A DNA stretch of 64,000 nt, from positions 2,542,001 through 2,606,000 of the forward strand of contig NC_086108.1 in assembly GCF_963921235.1 (NCBI RefSeq), in the 5' to 3' direction. This stretch comes from Mobula hypostoma. Lineage: Eukaryota. The notes under the pieces are model-generated. The model searched no databases, had not been told where the DNA came from, and was given only the letters and a program-made list of their open reading frames with translations. The position numbers were made by a program, and so were the translations under genes. Positions 62,951 through 64,000 of this stretch are shown one piece after another (within the stretch, counting starts at the first letter, position 1; each line of letters begins with the position of its first letter).

Positions 62951-64000
62951 ATACATGACATCCCTCTCCTGTACGTCGTATTTCAGGACATGTGTCAGTG
63001 GGAATAAACCTGATTGATTGCCTCAGTCTCTCCCAGTCCCTCAGGGCTGACTGTCACCAGATTCCATGGCAGTTCCCCTTGTTCTGGAGTGCCTGATGAG
63101 GCTGCAAACACCACCATAGGTGAGGCAGGATTAACCCACCCTGTGCTCTCGCACCCACCAATTGGGAGAGGACCAGAATCACTTTATTGCCATTAGGTGA
63201 AACAGACCAGAAATGATTGTGGTTCGGTGCCAAGCGTAAAACACAGGACAATACCCTAACAGATGACACAATAGCAACCAACAATTTACAAGACAATCGT
63301 TCAAACAGCCATGCGCAATCAACAATTAGCGGAACAGTCACATGTGTAAGCATCAATGATCAGATTGAAATGTGAATATATGAATGTACTCAATAATTAT
63401 CAACAGAATCAGAATCGGAATCTGGTTGAATATCACCAGCATCCATAATATGTGGGGTGCCAGTGTTGAAGGTGTTATTTCTGATCTGCACAAATTCTGG
63501 TTGGTCTAGACCCTGTTTGAATTGGCCTGTGCTGGAATGTAACAGAACAAGGGGAGCAGGAGAGACCACTCGATGGATTTTTTTGCAGGGACAGTTAGCG
63601 TATTACACCTGGGTGAGCTTTGTTGAGAATCTGGATAGCTACAGGAAAGAAGCTTCAGAGATGACTGTAGTCCTGGTGCTGATGGACTTGTCGTGTCACT
63701 CTGATGGCAACTTGGCAAACAGGTGACTGCTAGGGTGGATGGGATCAGCAGTAATTTTTCCAGCTCTTCTCTTTGCTCTGGCAATGAACGTGTCTTTAAG
63801 TGTCAGCGGATGGTGGTCAGCGATCTACTCTGCTGAGTGACCTAATCCCTACAACCTGGACTCGGAGAAGGAGGACGCGGCCAGAAACCGACCGGCGATG
63901 GAGGTGGTCACAACACTCTCAATGATACTGAGTAAAAATTCATCGGGATACACCCTGAGATGTCGTGTTTAGCCGGTGTAGGAACAACAATCTCTGATGG

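Overview
Repeat-dense vertebrate genomic DNA, most likely a cartilaginous fish (ray or shark), inferred from the mix of CR1/HER1-like LINEs, V-SINE/HE1-like SINEs, Rex1/Babar and Penelope elements. Most ORFs in the supplied track are transposon debris. One + strand protein-coding gene can be assembled by hand from phase-compatible exons at 10028-10124 (possibly UTR), 18321-18464 (GC donor), 23671-23857, 26456-26634, 27930-28298 and 40197-41297. It gives about 659 aa from the ATG at 18321, and I could not assign it to a family. It has a repeat-free 3' UTR to about 43.3 kb and a likely alternative C-terminus. A motif-rich CpG promoter with first-exon splice donors for a second gene lies at about 59.5-60.05 kb. 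The most striking non-coding signal is about 20 intact, degenerate or partial minimal type I hammerhead ribozyme motifs (CUGANGA...GAAAC-GUH) from three distinct Penelope-like element families. Several are in inverted pairs, and two core-intact sense copies lie inside the gene's last intron. Also present are a near-full-length dead Rex1 LINE, a 4-5 level nested transposon stack, two solo LTRs, hAT and Tc1/pogo remnants, and minisatellites grown out of retroelement ends.
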